DNA of 64,000 bases from an uncultured Verrucomicrobiota bacterium (GCA_949293415.1 CASFDK010000022.1:2686-66685), one strand, 5' to 3'; shown: positions 19,052-30,076, counted from the stretch's first letter. Program-made: numbers and translations. Notes: generated from the letters alone by a model not told the origin.

Positions 19052-20121
19052 TCGAATTTTCCCCTCTCTACCGCCAGCGTCCGCCATTTGCCGCGCAGTG
19101 CGTCGTCGGGTGCGGGTTCGGTGGAGGTTGCGGCGACCTGCGCTTCGGGGTCTACGCATTCCCAGAACGCGGCGCGGCGGGACGCGTCAAGCTCTCCCAA
19201 TATGTCGTCGCAAAGCAGCACGGGACGGACGCCGAGTGCGTCGCGCAGAATGTCGAACTGCGCGAGCTTCAGCGCGATGACCGCCGACCTCTGCTGCCCC
19301 TCCGACGCATACGTTTTCGCGTCGCGTCCGCCGACGAGAATTTTGAAGTCGTCGCGGTGCGGGCCGTGCGAAGTCGTGCGCCGTTCGATGTCGCGCGGTC
19401 GGTTTTTTTCGAGGATATCGAGCAGCGACTGCGCCGTTTCGACTTCGCAGTTCGGCTTGATTTTTATGTCCGCGCTTTCGCCGTTTTCGCGTGCCAGAAT
19501 TTCGTACTTTTGCGTGGCAAGCCCGCCGAGTCTTCCGAGCACTTCACGCCGCGAATCGAAAAGCGTTTTTGCCGCCTCCGCCATTTGCGTTTCAAACGGC
19601 GTGTAAACGCGCGGGTCTTGGCATCCGTCGCGCAACAGCGCATTGCGGTGGGCGAGCGCGTTGTGGTATGTGCGCAGTGCGGCGAAATAGCCGCCGTCAA
19701 TCGACGAAATGAACATATCGGCATCGCGCCGCCGCACTTCGGGCGAACCGCGCAGAAGCTTTGCGTCTTCGTTGCCCATCGCGAGCACGGGGAAGCGTCC
19801 GATGAAGTCGGAAAATTTTATTTCCTCATCGCCTATGAACGCGCGGCGTTTTGCCGAAACCGACAGCAGCACTTGGCATTCGCCGAATTTTTCGTGCGAA
19901 ATTCCCGCCAGCACACGCGCTTCCGAAGAGCCGCATGCAACCGCAGCCGACATTTCCGACGTTCTGAACGAACGCAGCGCACAGAGCATTCCCAACGCCT
20001 CGAGCAGGTTGGTTTTGCCCTGCGCGTTTCTTCCGCAAATCCAGACGCTCGGGCAGTCGAGCGGAACATCGGCAAAGCCGATGTTTCTGAAATTTTCGAG
20101 CCTGACAAATTTTATCTTCAC
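19042..20121 (-). CDS. recF: DNA replication and repair protein RecF
   Basis: GTG start (VKIKFVRLENFRN), Walker A GRNAQGKTNLLEA, signature SEGQQRS, Walker B VLLCDDILGELD. 359 aa. The longer track ORF is an antisense extension over ruvB. Confidence 0.9.
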   Translation of the reverse strand: MKIKFVRLENFRNIGFADVPLDCPSVWICGRNAQGKTNLLEALGMLCALRSFRTSEMSAAVACGSSEARVLAGISHEKFGECQVLLSVSAKRRAFIGDEEIKFSDFIGRFPVLAMGNEDAKLLRGSPEVRRRDADMFISSIDGGYFAALRTYHNALAHRNALLRDGCQDPRVYTPFETQMAEAAKTLFDSRREVLGRLGGLATQKYEILARENGESADIKIKPNCEVETAQSLLDILEKNRPRDIERRTTSHGPHRDDFKILVGGRDAKTYASEGQQRSAVIALKLAQFDILRDALGVRPVLLCDDILGELDASRRAAFWECVDPEAQVAATSTEPAPDDALRGKWRTLAVERGKFECL

Positions 20122-20178
20122 AAAAACCCGAATAAGTGTAGAGTGGCGCGCAATTTCATCAACGTAAATTTTCGCAAA

Positions 20179-21201
20179 ATGGAAAAGGGAACCGACTACC
20201 TGCAAAGCGCGCTCGAACGCAGAGAGGACGAACTTGAATCGTCCCTGCGCCCGTCGGGTTTCGACTCGTTCGCGGGGCAGCCGAAGACGGTCGAGCGGCT
20301 CAAGGTGATGGTCGGTGCGGCGCGTAGGCGCGGCGACACCCTCAGCCACATCCTGCTCCACGGCCCCCCGGGATTGGGCAAGACAACGCTTGCATTCATA
20401 CTCGGCAACGAGATGGGCGCGCAGGTTCGCGTAACGTCGGGGCCCGTAATCGAAAAGGCGTCCGACCTGGCGGGGCTGCTTACCAATTTGCAGGAGGGCG
20501 ACATTCTCTTTATCGACGAAATCCACAGAATTTCGCGCACCGTCGAGGAGTTCCTCTACAGCGCGATGGAGGATTTCCGAATCGACATTATGATAGACCA
20601 GGGGCCGAACGCCCGAAGCGTGCGCCTGAACGTGCCCAAATTTACGCTTATCGGGGCGACTACCCGCACGGGTCTTCTGACATCGCCGCTGCGCAGCCGC
20701 TTCACGCTCCAGACGCGGCTCGACTACTATTCGCGCGCCGACCTCATATCGATTGTCCTGCGCTCCTGCGACCTGCTCGGCGTGCGCATCGACAGCGGCG
20801 GGGCGGACGAAATCGCCCGACGCTCGCGCGGAACGCCGCGTATCGCCAACAATCTCATACGCTTTGTGCGCGACTACGCAGAGGAGCGCGCGGGCGGAAA
20901 AATCACGCGCGAAGCCGCCGTCGCCGCGCTCGAACTTCTCGAAATCGACGAAAACGGGCTCGACGAAATGGACAAGCGCATGCTCCGCGTGATGGCGCGA
21001 AACTACGGCGGCGGACCCGTCGGCTTGGGCACTGTCGCAGTCGCCGTCAACGAAGAGGCGGACACGCTCGAAGAGGTTCACGAACCGTATCTGATTCAGG
21101 AGGGCTTCGTCAAACGCACTCCGCAGGGGCGCATGCTCACCGACAAAGCTTGGAAGGTTCTCGGAATAAACCCGATTGCAAATCAGGGAAATCTCTTTTG
21201 A
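20179..21201 (+). CDS. ruvB: Holliday junction branch migration ATPase RuvB
   Basis: Start at the internal ATG (MEKGTDYLQ). Walker A GPPGLGKTT, Walker B LFIDEIHR, and C-terminal conservation typical of RuvB. Confidence 0.95.
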   Translation: MEKGTDYLQSALERREDELESSLRPSGFDSFAGQPKTVERLKVMVGAARRRGDTLSHILLHGPPGLGKTTLAFILGNEMGAQVRVTSGPVIEKASDLAGLLTNLQEGDILFIDEIHRISRTVEEFLYSAMEDFRIDIMIDQGPNARSVRLNVPKFTLIGATTRTGLLTSPLRSRFTLQTRLDYYSRADLISIVLRSCDLLGVRIDSGGADEIARRSRGTPRIANNLIRFVRDYAEERAGGKITREAAVAALELLEIDENGLDEMDKRMLRVMARNYGGGPVGLGTVAVAVNEEADTLEEVHEPYLIQEGFVKRTPQGRMLTDKAWKVLGINPIANQGNLF

Positions 21202-22268
21202 TGGACATGCTCGACTACATCGTTGTGGGGCAGGGAATCGCTGGTTCGTGCCTCGGCTTCGAACTGCTCGAGCGCGGCTACAAAATCCGCATATTCGACG
21301 ATTCTTGGCGCGACGCCGCCTGCCTTGTCGCCGCTGGAGTAGTCAATCCCATTACGGGCAAACGGCTCGTCAAAAGCTGGCGCAGCGCAGTGGCACATCC
21401 GTACGCAAAAAAATTCTACCGCAACTTGGAGCGGGAACTTGGGGCGGAGTTTTTCCACGACCGCAAAATACTGCAACTCTGCCGCTCTCCCGAAGAGCAA
21501 AACCTGTGGCTCGAACGCTCTTCGCTGCCAGAATACGCCGAGTTTATCGGTGCGGCGCACTCGCCCGACTTTTTCGGACAACTCGACGACTCGTTCGGCT
21601 CTTATTTTATCGAACATTCGGCTTGGGTGGAAACGCGGAAGGCAATGGACGCATTCAAAAAGTACTTTGCTTCGCGCAACATTTTGATTTCCGAAAAGTT
21701 CGATTATGAAAAACTCGATTTAAGCGGCGATGCCGTCCGCTACGGCGGACTTTCCGCCAAGAAAATAGTGTTCTGCGAAGGCTGGCAGGTTGCAGAAAAC
21801 CCGTTCTTCTCTTGGCTGCCATATCGACCCGCTAAGGGCGAAATACTTACCCTTAAGTCCGACGCCGACATCCCGCCGCATATCGTGCACCGCGGCAACT
21901 GGATAATGAAATGCGGCGACCGACAATTCAGAATCGGCTCGACTTGGGACAGGGAAAACCTCAATTCCGTTCCCACCCTCGGCGCGCGCGCCGAACTGCT
22001 CGCCGCCGCTCCGAAAATATTCCGCGGCGAACATACGTTCGAAGTCGTTTGCCACGAAGCGGGTGTGCGCCCGTGCACGGCGACAACCCGCCCCCACTTG
22101 GGCAAACACCCCAAAGACGGGCGACTTCTTTCGTTCAACGGCTTCGGCTCAAAAGGCTACGCTCTAAGTCCTTATTTCGCAAAACACTTCTGCGATTGGC
22201 TTGAAGATAAAACGGAATTGGACAAAGAAGCCGACCTCTCGCGCCACATAAAGAAATTTTTTACATAA
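21201..22268 (+). CDS. FAD-dependent oxidoreductase (DAO-like)
   Basis: Dinucleotide-binding motif IVVGQGIAGS at the N-terminus once the start is set at ATG 21201, which overlaps the ruvB TGA by 1 nt. Confidence 0.75.
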   Translation: MDMLDYIVVGQGIAGSCLGFELLERGYKIRIFDDSWRDAACLVAAGVVNPITGKRLVKSWRSAVAHPYAKKFYRNLERELGAEFFHDRKILQLCRSPEEQNLWLERSSLPEYAEFIGAAHSPDFFGQLDDSFGSYFIEHSAWVETRKAMDAFKKYFASRNILISEKFDYEKLDLSGDAVRYGGLSAKKIVFCEGWQVAENPFFSWLPYRPAKGEILTLKSDADIPPHIVHRGNWIMKCGDRQFRIGSTWDRENLNSVPTLGARAELLAAAPKIFRGEHTFEVVCHEAGVRPCTATTRPHLGKHPKDGRLLSFNGFGSKGYALSPYFAKHFCDWLEDKTELDKEADLSRHIKKFFT

Positions 22269-22470
22269 CTTGCGTATATTTGATTAGTTACGCATATTTT
22301 GTAGCCCGCGCAAAAGGGTAATCGTATTCGAAATTCGGATTAACAAAACGATTGGATGGCGGGAATCCGTCTGTCAATGCGAACTTAAAGAGGAATATAC
22401 GGCTATAATAATTGCATCGATGTATCGCCAACCCCGAACGGCGGGCATCAAGGTCTTTGCTTTATGAGTA

Positions 22471-22917
22471 TTATTCGAAGCCGTTAATCGACAAAAATTT
22501 TTCTCCGAAAAGGTATCCGTTCAGAATCTTCCTGTCGGGTGTTCCCATCATTTGCAGGGCGGCGTAGAGTGCCTCCACGGTCGCAAGTCCGTGTGGGTCT
22601 TGGTGCATTTTCGAAACCCTCGGATATGCCGTCAGAATGTTCGACGGCAGTGAGCGCGGCACAAAATCGCCGTATACTTTCCGCCTGATTTTCGGAAGCA
22701 GGTGCCATGTTGAATCGAGAAGCAGGATGGGGCGGTCGGCGTCGGCGGGCGAGATTGTCGGCGCGTCGATTTCGAGCAGCGTGTAGCCCGTCGCGTCGAA
22801 CGAAAAGCCGTCTACCGCCGCGAGAAACTCGAAATTAGGGTGGTCGTGCAGGTGGCGCAGCGAACACTTCTTGAGGTTTTCGCGCGGGTGTCTTATGACC
22901 GTTATTTTCCGATTCAT
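22471..22917 (-). CDS. DTW-domain protein, Tsr3-like aminocarboxypropyl (acp) transferase family
   Basis: 148 aa. Blocks NLKKCSLRHL, ILLLDSTWHLL, AYPRV...HGLATVEALYAAL and FGEKFLSING are collinear with the Tsr3-type pattern (KCS..KL / D[CS][ST]W / VEA). Confidence 0.6.
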   Translation of the reverse strand: MNRKITVIRHPRENLKKCSLRHLHDHPNFEFLAAVDGFSFDATGYTLLEIDAPTISPADADRPILLLDSTWHLLPKIRRKVYGDFVPRSLPSNILTAYPRVSKMHQDPHGLATVEALYAALQMMGTPDRKILNGYLFGEKFLSINGFE

Positions 22918-23041
22918 TGCGGCGGAGTTTTTCGCATCTTTCTCGCGGCTTGTCGAGTGTTTTCGGACGGCGGCGGAAACTCAAAATTTTTCTTGAGGGC
23001 GTGCGGCTTTGTGCTAACTTCGGGCGATATACTTTTTATTT

Positions 23042-24265
<1,224 letters not shown>

Positions 24266-24266
24266 T

Positions 24267-25175
24267 ATGGCGGAAAAACTTCTCGTAGTCGGTTCGGTCG
24301 CATACGACTGCATCGAAACGCCCGACGACAGCGCGGACTTCATCCTCGGCGGTTCGGCGAGCTACGCGGCTCTTGCGGCTTCGTACTTCGCTCCGACCGC
24401 CATTTCGGCGATTGTCGGTAACGACTTCAAGGACTCCGATGTAAAGCGTCTGACGGCGCGTTCGATAGACCTTTCGAATTTGCAGTCCGACAGCTCGAAG
24501 CCAACGTTTTTTTGGCGCGGAAAGTATCTCGAAAACTTCAACTCGCGAGAGACTCTCGACGTGCGCCTAAACGCCTACGAGAATTTCAAGCCGCAGCTCG
24601 ACGAAACCGCGCGGAATTCGAAATTCGTTCTGCTCGGCAACATTTCGCCCGCAATCCAGTCGGCGGTTCTCGACCTCGTGCGCGAGCCGCAGTTCGTGAT
24701 TCTCGACACAATGGATTTGTGGATTAGCACCGAGCGCGACGACCTTTTGAAACTCGTGCGTCGTTGCGATTTGCTGATTTTGAACGATTCCGAAGCCAAA
24801 ATGCTTGCGGGCACGAACAACATAATAGTTGCGGGGCGCGAGCTGATGAAGCTCGGCGTGAAAAGCGTTATAATCAAGACGGGCGAATACGGGGCGATGC
24901 TCTTTTCGGGCGACGATTTCTTCGTGATTCCCGCCTATCCCGTGGCTGCGCTTCACGATCCGACCGGCGCGGGCGATTCGTTTGCGGGCGCGCTTGCGGG
25001 ATACCTCGCGGGCTGTGGAAAGACCGACTTTGAGTCGATAAAGCTCGGGATGCTCGCAGGTGCGGCTACGGCGTCGATGACGGTGGAATCGTTCTCGTGC
25101 TACAAACTCGAAGAAAACGGCAGGGATGAAATCGACCGCCGCTGCCAATACATCAAAAAAATTTCACAAATATAA
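24267..25175 (+). CDS. PfkB-family carbohydrate kinase
   Basis: C-terminal PfkB signature DPTGAGDSFAGA. Ribokinase-like length. Confidence 0.85.
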   Translation: MAEKLLVVGSVAYDCIETPDDSADFILGGSASYAALAASYFAPTAISAIVGNDFKDSDVKRLTARSIDLSNLQSDSSKPTFFWRGKYLENFNSRETLDVRLNAYENFKPQLDETARNSKFVLLGNISPAIQSAVLDLVREPQFVILDTMDLWISTERDDLLKLVRRCDLLILNDSEAKMLAGTNNIIVAGRELMKLGVKSVIIKTGEYGAMLFSGDDFFVIPAYPVAALHDPTGAGDSFAGALAGYLAGCGKTDFESIKLGMLAGAATASMTVESFSCYKLEENGRDEIDRRCQYIKKISQI

Positions 25176-26431
25176 TGGGCGAAATTCTCTATATGGCAAA
25201 ACGCGCGCGCGCGGCTTCGTTGAAGCTTGCCTCTTACACCGCGGAACAAAAAAACGCCGCGCTCGAGATTCTCGCGCGGTCGATTGTCAATCGCGCCGAC
25301 GAAATCAAGGCGGCGAACGCGCTCGATGTCGAGGCGGCGCGCGGCAAAATATCCGCGCCGATGCTCGAGCGTCTTTCGCTCAGCGATTCGAAAATCGCGT
25401 CGATGGCGGAGGGCGTGCGGCAGCTCTGCCTTCTGCCCGACCCCGTCGGCGAAATTATCGAATCGACCGTGCGCCCCAACGGAATGCGCATCGACAAGGT
25501 TCGCGTGCCGATAGGCGTAATCGGCATAATCTACGAAAGCCGCCCGAACGTTACGGTAGACTGCGCCGCGCTATGCTTGAAGAGCGGCAACGCGTCGATA
25601 TTGCGCGGAGGCAGCGAGTGTTTCCGTACTAATACGGTGCTTGCGAAAATCGTTTCCGATTCGCTCGCGGCGGCGGGGCTAGACCCCGACTGCGCACAGA
25701 TGATTCCCACAACCGACCGCGCCGCATTCGGCGAGCTGCTCAAGCTCGACCAGTATGTGCATTGCATCATTCCCAGAGGCGGCGAAAAGCTCATCCGCTT
25801 TGTCGTGGAAAACTCTTCGATACCCGTAATCAAGCACTACAAGGGCGTTTGCACCGTGTATGTAGACAAGTACGCCGACCCCGAAATGGCGGAAAAGCTG
25901 CTTGTAAACGCAAAGTGCCAGCGGCCGAGCGTGTGCAACGCGGCGGAAAACCTGATTGTCCACAGGGACGTTGCAGAGTCGCTTCTGCCGAGGCTTGCGA
26001 AGGCGTTGGCGGAAAAGGGCGTTGAAATCCGCGCGTCGGAAAAGTGCGCAGGCATTCTCGGGCACGCCGGCGTGAAATTCGCGCCGGCAACGGAGGAGGA
26101 TTTCTCTACGGAATATATCGACCTGATAATTTCCGTCGATATTGTCGATTCTGTTGAAGCCGCCGCCGATTTTATCAACAAGTACGGTTCGGGACATTCC
26201 GACCTAATCGTCAGTTCCGACGTAAAATCCGCCGAAGAATTTTTGAACTCGGTTGATTCGTCAACTGTCTATTGGAATGTTTCCACGCGCTTTACCGACG
26301 GATTCGAATTCGGTTTCGGCGCGGAAATAGGCATTTCGACCGACAAGCTCCACGCGAGGGGCCCGATGGGGTTGAAAGAGCTTTGTTCCTATAAATACAA
26401 GGTCTACGGGAACGGTCAAACGAGAGGATAG
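25175..26431 (+). CDS. proA: glutamate-5-semialdehyde dehydrogenase
   Basis: Blocks VIGIIYESRPNVT and the catalytic-Cys region CNAAENLIVH. TAATG overlap with the kinase gene. Confidence 0.95.
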   Translation: MGEILYMAKRARAASLKLASYTAEQKNAALEILARSIVNRADEIKAANALDVEAARGKISAPMLERLSLSDSKIASMAEGVRQLCLLPDPVGEIIESTVRPNGMRIDKVRVPIGVIGIIYESRPNVTVDCAALCLKSGNASILRGGSECFRTNTVLAKIVSDSLAAAGLDPDCAQMIPTTDRAAFGELLKLDQYVHCIIPRGGEKLIRFVVENSSIPVIKHYKGVCTVYVDKYADPEMAEKLLVNAKCQRPSVCNAAENLIVHRDVAESLLPRLAKALAEKGVEIRASEKCAGILGHAGVKFAPATEEDFSTEYIDLIISVDIVDSVEAAADFINKYGSGHSDLIVSSDVKSAEEFLNSVDSSTVYWNVSTRFTDGFEFGFGAEIGISTDKLHARGPMGLKELCSYKYKVYGNGQTRG

Positions 26432-26437
26432 TTTGAA

Positions 26438-27739
26438 ATGGCGGCTGATTCCGATGCAAAAAACGGGAACGGAAGCGGAGACGGGAAAGCATCTCCGAAG
26501 CCGCGTTTTGAGTCGGAACAAGTCGACGACCCGCAGGAAATCGAATACGTTCAGTTCGGCGGGGAAATAGAAATAGACGACGATGTCGAAGTGGAATTTG
26601 TCGCCGCGCCGCCGCCGTTTCCGCCTCCTCCCCCGCCTCCGTTCGGTTTTCCTCCCCCGCCGCGCGGGATGTTTCCGCCGCCCCCGCCGCCGATTTCTAT
26701 TGTCGAAACCTACGACGAAGACGGTGACAGCGATGCGGATTCGGAGACCGACATAGAGTCCGTCGTTCCCGAATTTCGGCTGCGGGAAATTCCGTCCGAA
26801 TCGAAAAAGCGCATCGGTTCGGCGAGCAAACTGAGCGAGATGATTTCGGAACAGGCTGAGGCCATGAAGATCCGCGGCGAGGAACAGGCAGAGCGCGTAA
26901 AACGCGGAGAGTCTTCGGTCAGAATCGTGTCGTTTTTGAAGATACTGCTGAACGTGGCGGCTTTTTGTCTGCTCGCGGCAGGCTGCTTTTTCCTCATCGA
27001 CTACTACCGCCGCGAAGTGTCGAAAGGCACGCAGGGCATGGCGATGTCGGAGGCCAATTCGATATACGGTTGGAGGCTCGAAAACTCTCGGGCAAACAAT
27101 GTCGTCCGCGAATACTTCGAGTCGCTCGGCAACATTTCGCTTTCGGCGGACTTCAAGGACGCACTCATAAAGGGCACTCTCGAAATGAACGGTGTCGGCG
27201 AAGACTTCTATTGCATAAAACGCGCCAACGGGAGAATCTACCTGCGGCTCGGCAGCGAGGACAAGCCGCGCGCGTATTTCATCGGGCTTATGTCGGAGGG
27301 AGCGTTCAGACTTCCCGATTTGCGTTCGGGCGGACGGCGCATACCGATTCCCGAGCGCGAGGCTCTCGTGCTGCGCGCGCTCGTTTCGACCGACGAAATG
27401 CTTTTCAAGCGCGCATTCGGCGACATCGAGCAGTCGGGCAATGTAGGGGAAATCGCCTACGACGGTTTTGCAAACGTAGACGGCGCGGACGTGGAGTCGG
27501 TTTCGCTGAAAGACGGCACAATGACGATGTCGTACTCTTTCGGCACGAAAGACCGTCTAATGCGGGCGATTGCAATCAGGGATTCGGGCGCGGAGGTCGT
27601 CGCGAAGCTTGCGGACTATGAAACAGCGGACGACGGATTGAAGCATCCGATGTCGCGCACGATTCTGCTCAACGGCAAAGAAGTTGCGAAGGTCTCGATA
27701 TCGATTATGATACGCAATAAAGGGTTTCTGTTCCCGTAG
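26438..27739 (+). CDS. membrane protein with acidic, polyproline-rich cytoplasmic N-terminus
   Basis: APPPFPPPPPPPFGFPPPPRGMFPPPPPP tract, one TM helix (VAAFCLLAAGCFFLI), then a ~230-aa extracytoplasmic domain. No family recognised. Confidence 0.55.
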   Translation: MAADSDAKNGNGSGDGKASPKPRFESEQVDDPQEIEYVQFGGEIEIDDDVEVEFVAAPPPFPPPPPPPFGFPPPPRGMFPPPPPPISIVETYDEDGDSDADSETDIESVVPEFRLREIPSESKKRIGSASKLSEMISEQAEAMKIRGEEQAERVKRGESSVRIVSFLKILLNVAAFCLLAAGCFFLIDYYRREVSKGTQGMAMSEANSIYGWRLENSRANNVVREYFESLGNISLSADFKDALIKGTLEMNGVGEDFYCIKRANGRIYLRLGSEDKPRAYFIGLMSEGAFRLPDLRSGGRRIPIPEREALVLRALVSTDEMLFKRAFGDIEQSGNVGEIAYDGFANVDGADVESVSLKDGTMTMSYSFGTKDRLMRAIAIRDSGAEVVAKLADYETADDGLKHPMSRTILLNGKEVAKVSISIMIRNKGFLFP

Positions 27740-27909
27740 AACGGCGGTTTTGTTTTTTTGTCTTGCCCGTTTTTGCTTTTTCCCCCGTTTTTTGAAATAT
27801 TGTTTTTTGCTTTAAATTGCGGGTTTCTTCGTGGATGTTAAGCAGTGTTCTGCGTCCGATTTGCTGTGTGCCCCGAAAAACAGGACAGACTTGCAATGGG
27901 TAAATTGAT

Positions 27910-28158
27910 TTGCAAAATAGAAAGGCAAATCAAACGGGCAAGATACGTAAAAAATACACGGAAGAGCAAATCACGCAAATACTCAAGGAGGCGGAGGTGC
28001 CGAACAACGTATCGGATACGCTGCGCAAGTACGGAATCAACGATTCGTCGTATTACCGCTGGAAAGCGCGTTTTCGTTTGAGGACGGGCATCCCGCGCTT
28101 AAAAACGTATCGGGCGGACCGTACAGAATTTTGCTTCGTCCGCAGATTGTTAAAATAG
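27910..28158 (+). pseudogene. IS3-family transposase OrfA (HTH) N-terminal remnant
   Basis: Residues KKYTEEQITQILKEAEVPNNVSDTLRKYGINDSSYYRWKARF (27949-28074) match the IS3/IS407-group OrfA HTH pattern. Similarity ends there. No OrfB, no terminal repeats seen. Confidence 0.55.
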
Positions 28159-28165
28159 GCGCAAA

Positions 28166-29422
28166 CTACAGCGTGTAGTTTACGAGCGTGTTCTTCAGCC
28201 CGTCGCGGTCGGCGCGGTAGAACACTTGGATGTAGTTGTCGGTATAGGCTGGGTAGTCTCCGTTCGGGAGCCTACCTTCGAGCAGAATCGGGCGCACTGT
28301 TCCGCGGTTTTTTTCGAAAAACCTCCGCCGCAATTCCTCCGCCGACTTTCGCAGGTCGGAGGCGCGCGCCTTGCGCACTTCGACGGGAACTTGCCCGTCC
28401 ATAACCGCCGCAAGTGTTCTCGGGCGCGGCGAAAACGTGAAGACGTGCGCGTACGCCATCGACGATTCAAGCAGTCGTTTTTTTGTCAGCAGGTAGTCGG
28501 CTTCGGTTTCGTGCGGATGTCCGCAGATGATGTCGGTGCCCACCGCGATGCGTTCCGAGACGGCGAAAATTTTTTCGAGAGTATCCAGAAATTCCGCCGC
28601 GGTATATTTGCGGCGCATTGCCGAAAGCACGTTGTCGGAAAGGCTCTGAGCCGAAATGTGCAGGTGCGGCGCGAGCTTGTGGGACGAATCCGCCATTCTT
28701 TCGAGAAGCGCGTCGAGTTCGAAATGGGGCGGTTCGAGGCTGCCGAGGCGTATCCGCAGAAGGTCGGGGATTTTGTTGAGCCTGTCGGCGAGCGCGGCAA
28801 GCCCGCCTTCGGACGCGGAGAATTTTGCGATGTTTATTCCCGTGAGCACTATTTCGCGCACGCCGCGTTCGACGAGATTTTCGGCGTCGCGCACGATGTC
28901 GCCGAACTTGCGGCTTTGCGGCAGCCCCCGCGCCCTCGGAATTATGCAGTAGGCGCAGGCGTTGTCGCAGCCGTCCTGAATCTTCAAATTCATTCTGTCA
29001 GACAGCGGCTGCGAACCGCAGACGATTTCGGGCGAAGCGGGCATTGCGGAGTCGGCGAACTCGAGCGGTTCGCCGCCCGCAGGATATTTCGAAATTATTT
29101 CGACCGTCCGCGCCTTCAGCCGATTGCATACAACCCAGCCGATGTTGGGCAGTTGGGCGAATTTGTGCGGATCTGTCTGCGCGTAGCAGCCCGTTACGGC
29201 TATTTTTGACTGCGGATTATTCCGCGCGAAAATGCGTATTGCCTGCCGCGTCTTCGCCTCCGCAAGAACCGTAAGCGCGCACGAATTTATAACGCCGATG
29301 TCGGCGGGTTCGCTCCAGCCGACTACCTCGAAGCCGAGCGCGCGCGCCGAGTCGGCAAGTGCCGCCGATTCGTAGTGGTTTACTCGGCAACCGAGCGTGA
29401 ATATTGCGAGTCTTCGCGGCAT
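28166..29422 (-). CDS. mtaB: radical-SAM tRNA methylthiotransferase, MtaB-like
   Basis: N-terminal FTLGCRVNHYESAAL (MtaB-type UPF0004 domain), radical SAM cluster motif GCDNACAYC, C-terminal TRAM-like region. Confidence 0.8.
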   Translation of the reverse strand: MPRRLAIFTLGCRVNHYESAALADSARALGFEVVGWSEPADIGVINSCALTVLAEAKTRQAIRIFARNNPQSKIAVTGCYAQTDPHKFAQLPNIGWVVCNRLKARTVEIISKYPAGGEPLEFADSAMPASPEIVCGSQPLSDRMNLKIQDGCDNACAYCIIPRARGLPQSRKFGDIVRDAENLVERGVREIVLTGINIAKFSASEGGLAALADRLNKIPDLLRIRLGSLEPPHFELDALLERMADSSHKLAPHLHISAQSLSDNVLSAMRRKYTAAEFLDTLEKIFAVSERIAVGTDIICGHPHETEADYLLTKKRLLESSMAYAHVFTFSPRPRTLAAVMDGQVPVEVRKARASDLRKSAEELRRRFFEKNRGTVRPILLEGRLPNGDYPAYTDNYIQVFYRADRDGLKNTLVNYTL

Positions 29423-29425
29423 TGT

Positions 29426-30076
29426 CTATTCGTATACAGTGGGGTCGGGCACGCCCGCGAGCGCGAATGCTTCGCGGCGTTCCGTGCACGTTCCGCATTT
29501 GCCGCAGTGTTTTTCCCCGCCCTTGTAGCACGACCAAGTGTGCGAAAAATCGACGCCGAGCCCTGCGCCGAGCCTTACGATATCGGCTTTCGTCATATTC
29601 ACAAAGGGCCGCTCGAGCCTTATCGGTTCGTAATGGCAGAGGCGCAAAACGTTGTCGAGCGCGTCGGCAAATTCGGTTCTGCAGTCGGGATAGATTGCGT
29701 GGTCTCCGCTGTGGGCGGCGTAGGCGACGCTGTTTGTCCCGATTGCGATTGCCCGCGCGGCTGCGATTGCCACCAAAATCATGTTGCGGTTGGGCACGAC
29801 CGTCGTCTTCATATTTTCGTCGGCGTAGTTGCCCTCGGGCACTTCGGCCGATTTGCAGGTCAGCGCGTTGTCGCCGAAGAGCGGCTTGAGGCTCGAGATG
29901 TCGGCGACATCCAGTTTGACGCCGAGTTTTCGGCTGTTGTAGTCGGCGCATTCGTATTCGCGCGCGTGCCGCTGGCCGTAGTCTACCCACAATGCGCCGT
30001 CGGCGCGTCCCTCGGCGGCGAGCTTGTGCAGAAGGACGGTCGAATCGAGCCCGCCCGAATATACTATCAGTGCCAT
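29426..30076 (-). CDS. queC: 7-cyano-7-deazaguanine synthase
   Basis: PP-loop SGGLDS at the N-terminus and a C-terminal zinc-cysteine cluster CYKGGEKHCGKCGTC. 3 nt upstream of mtaB. Confidence 0.95.
   Translation of the reverse strand: MALIVYSGGLDSTVLLHKLAAEGRADGALWVDYGQRHAREYECADYNSRKLGVKLDVADISSLKPLFGDNALTCKSAEVPEGNYADENMKTTVVPNRNMILVAIAAARAIAIGTNSVAYAAHSGDHAIYPDCRTEFADALDNVLRLCHYEPIRLERPFVNMTKADIVRLGAGLGVDFSHTWSCYKGGEKHCGKCGTCTERREAFALAGVPDPTVYE

Noticed and set aside
19357-21081. Long 5' extensions of the ruvB ORF (19357-20178) and of the recF ORF (20122-21081), which would make the two genes overlap completely.
   Set aside because: Each extension is simply the antisense of the other gene. 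Homology to RuvB begins at MEKGTDYLQ (20179) and to RecF at VKIKFVRLENF (GTG at 20121).
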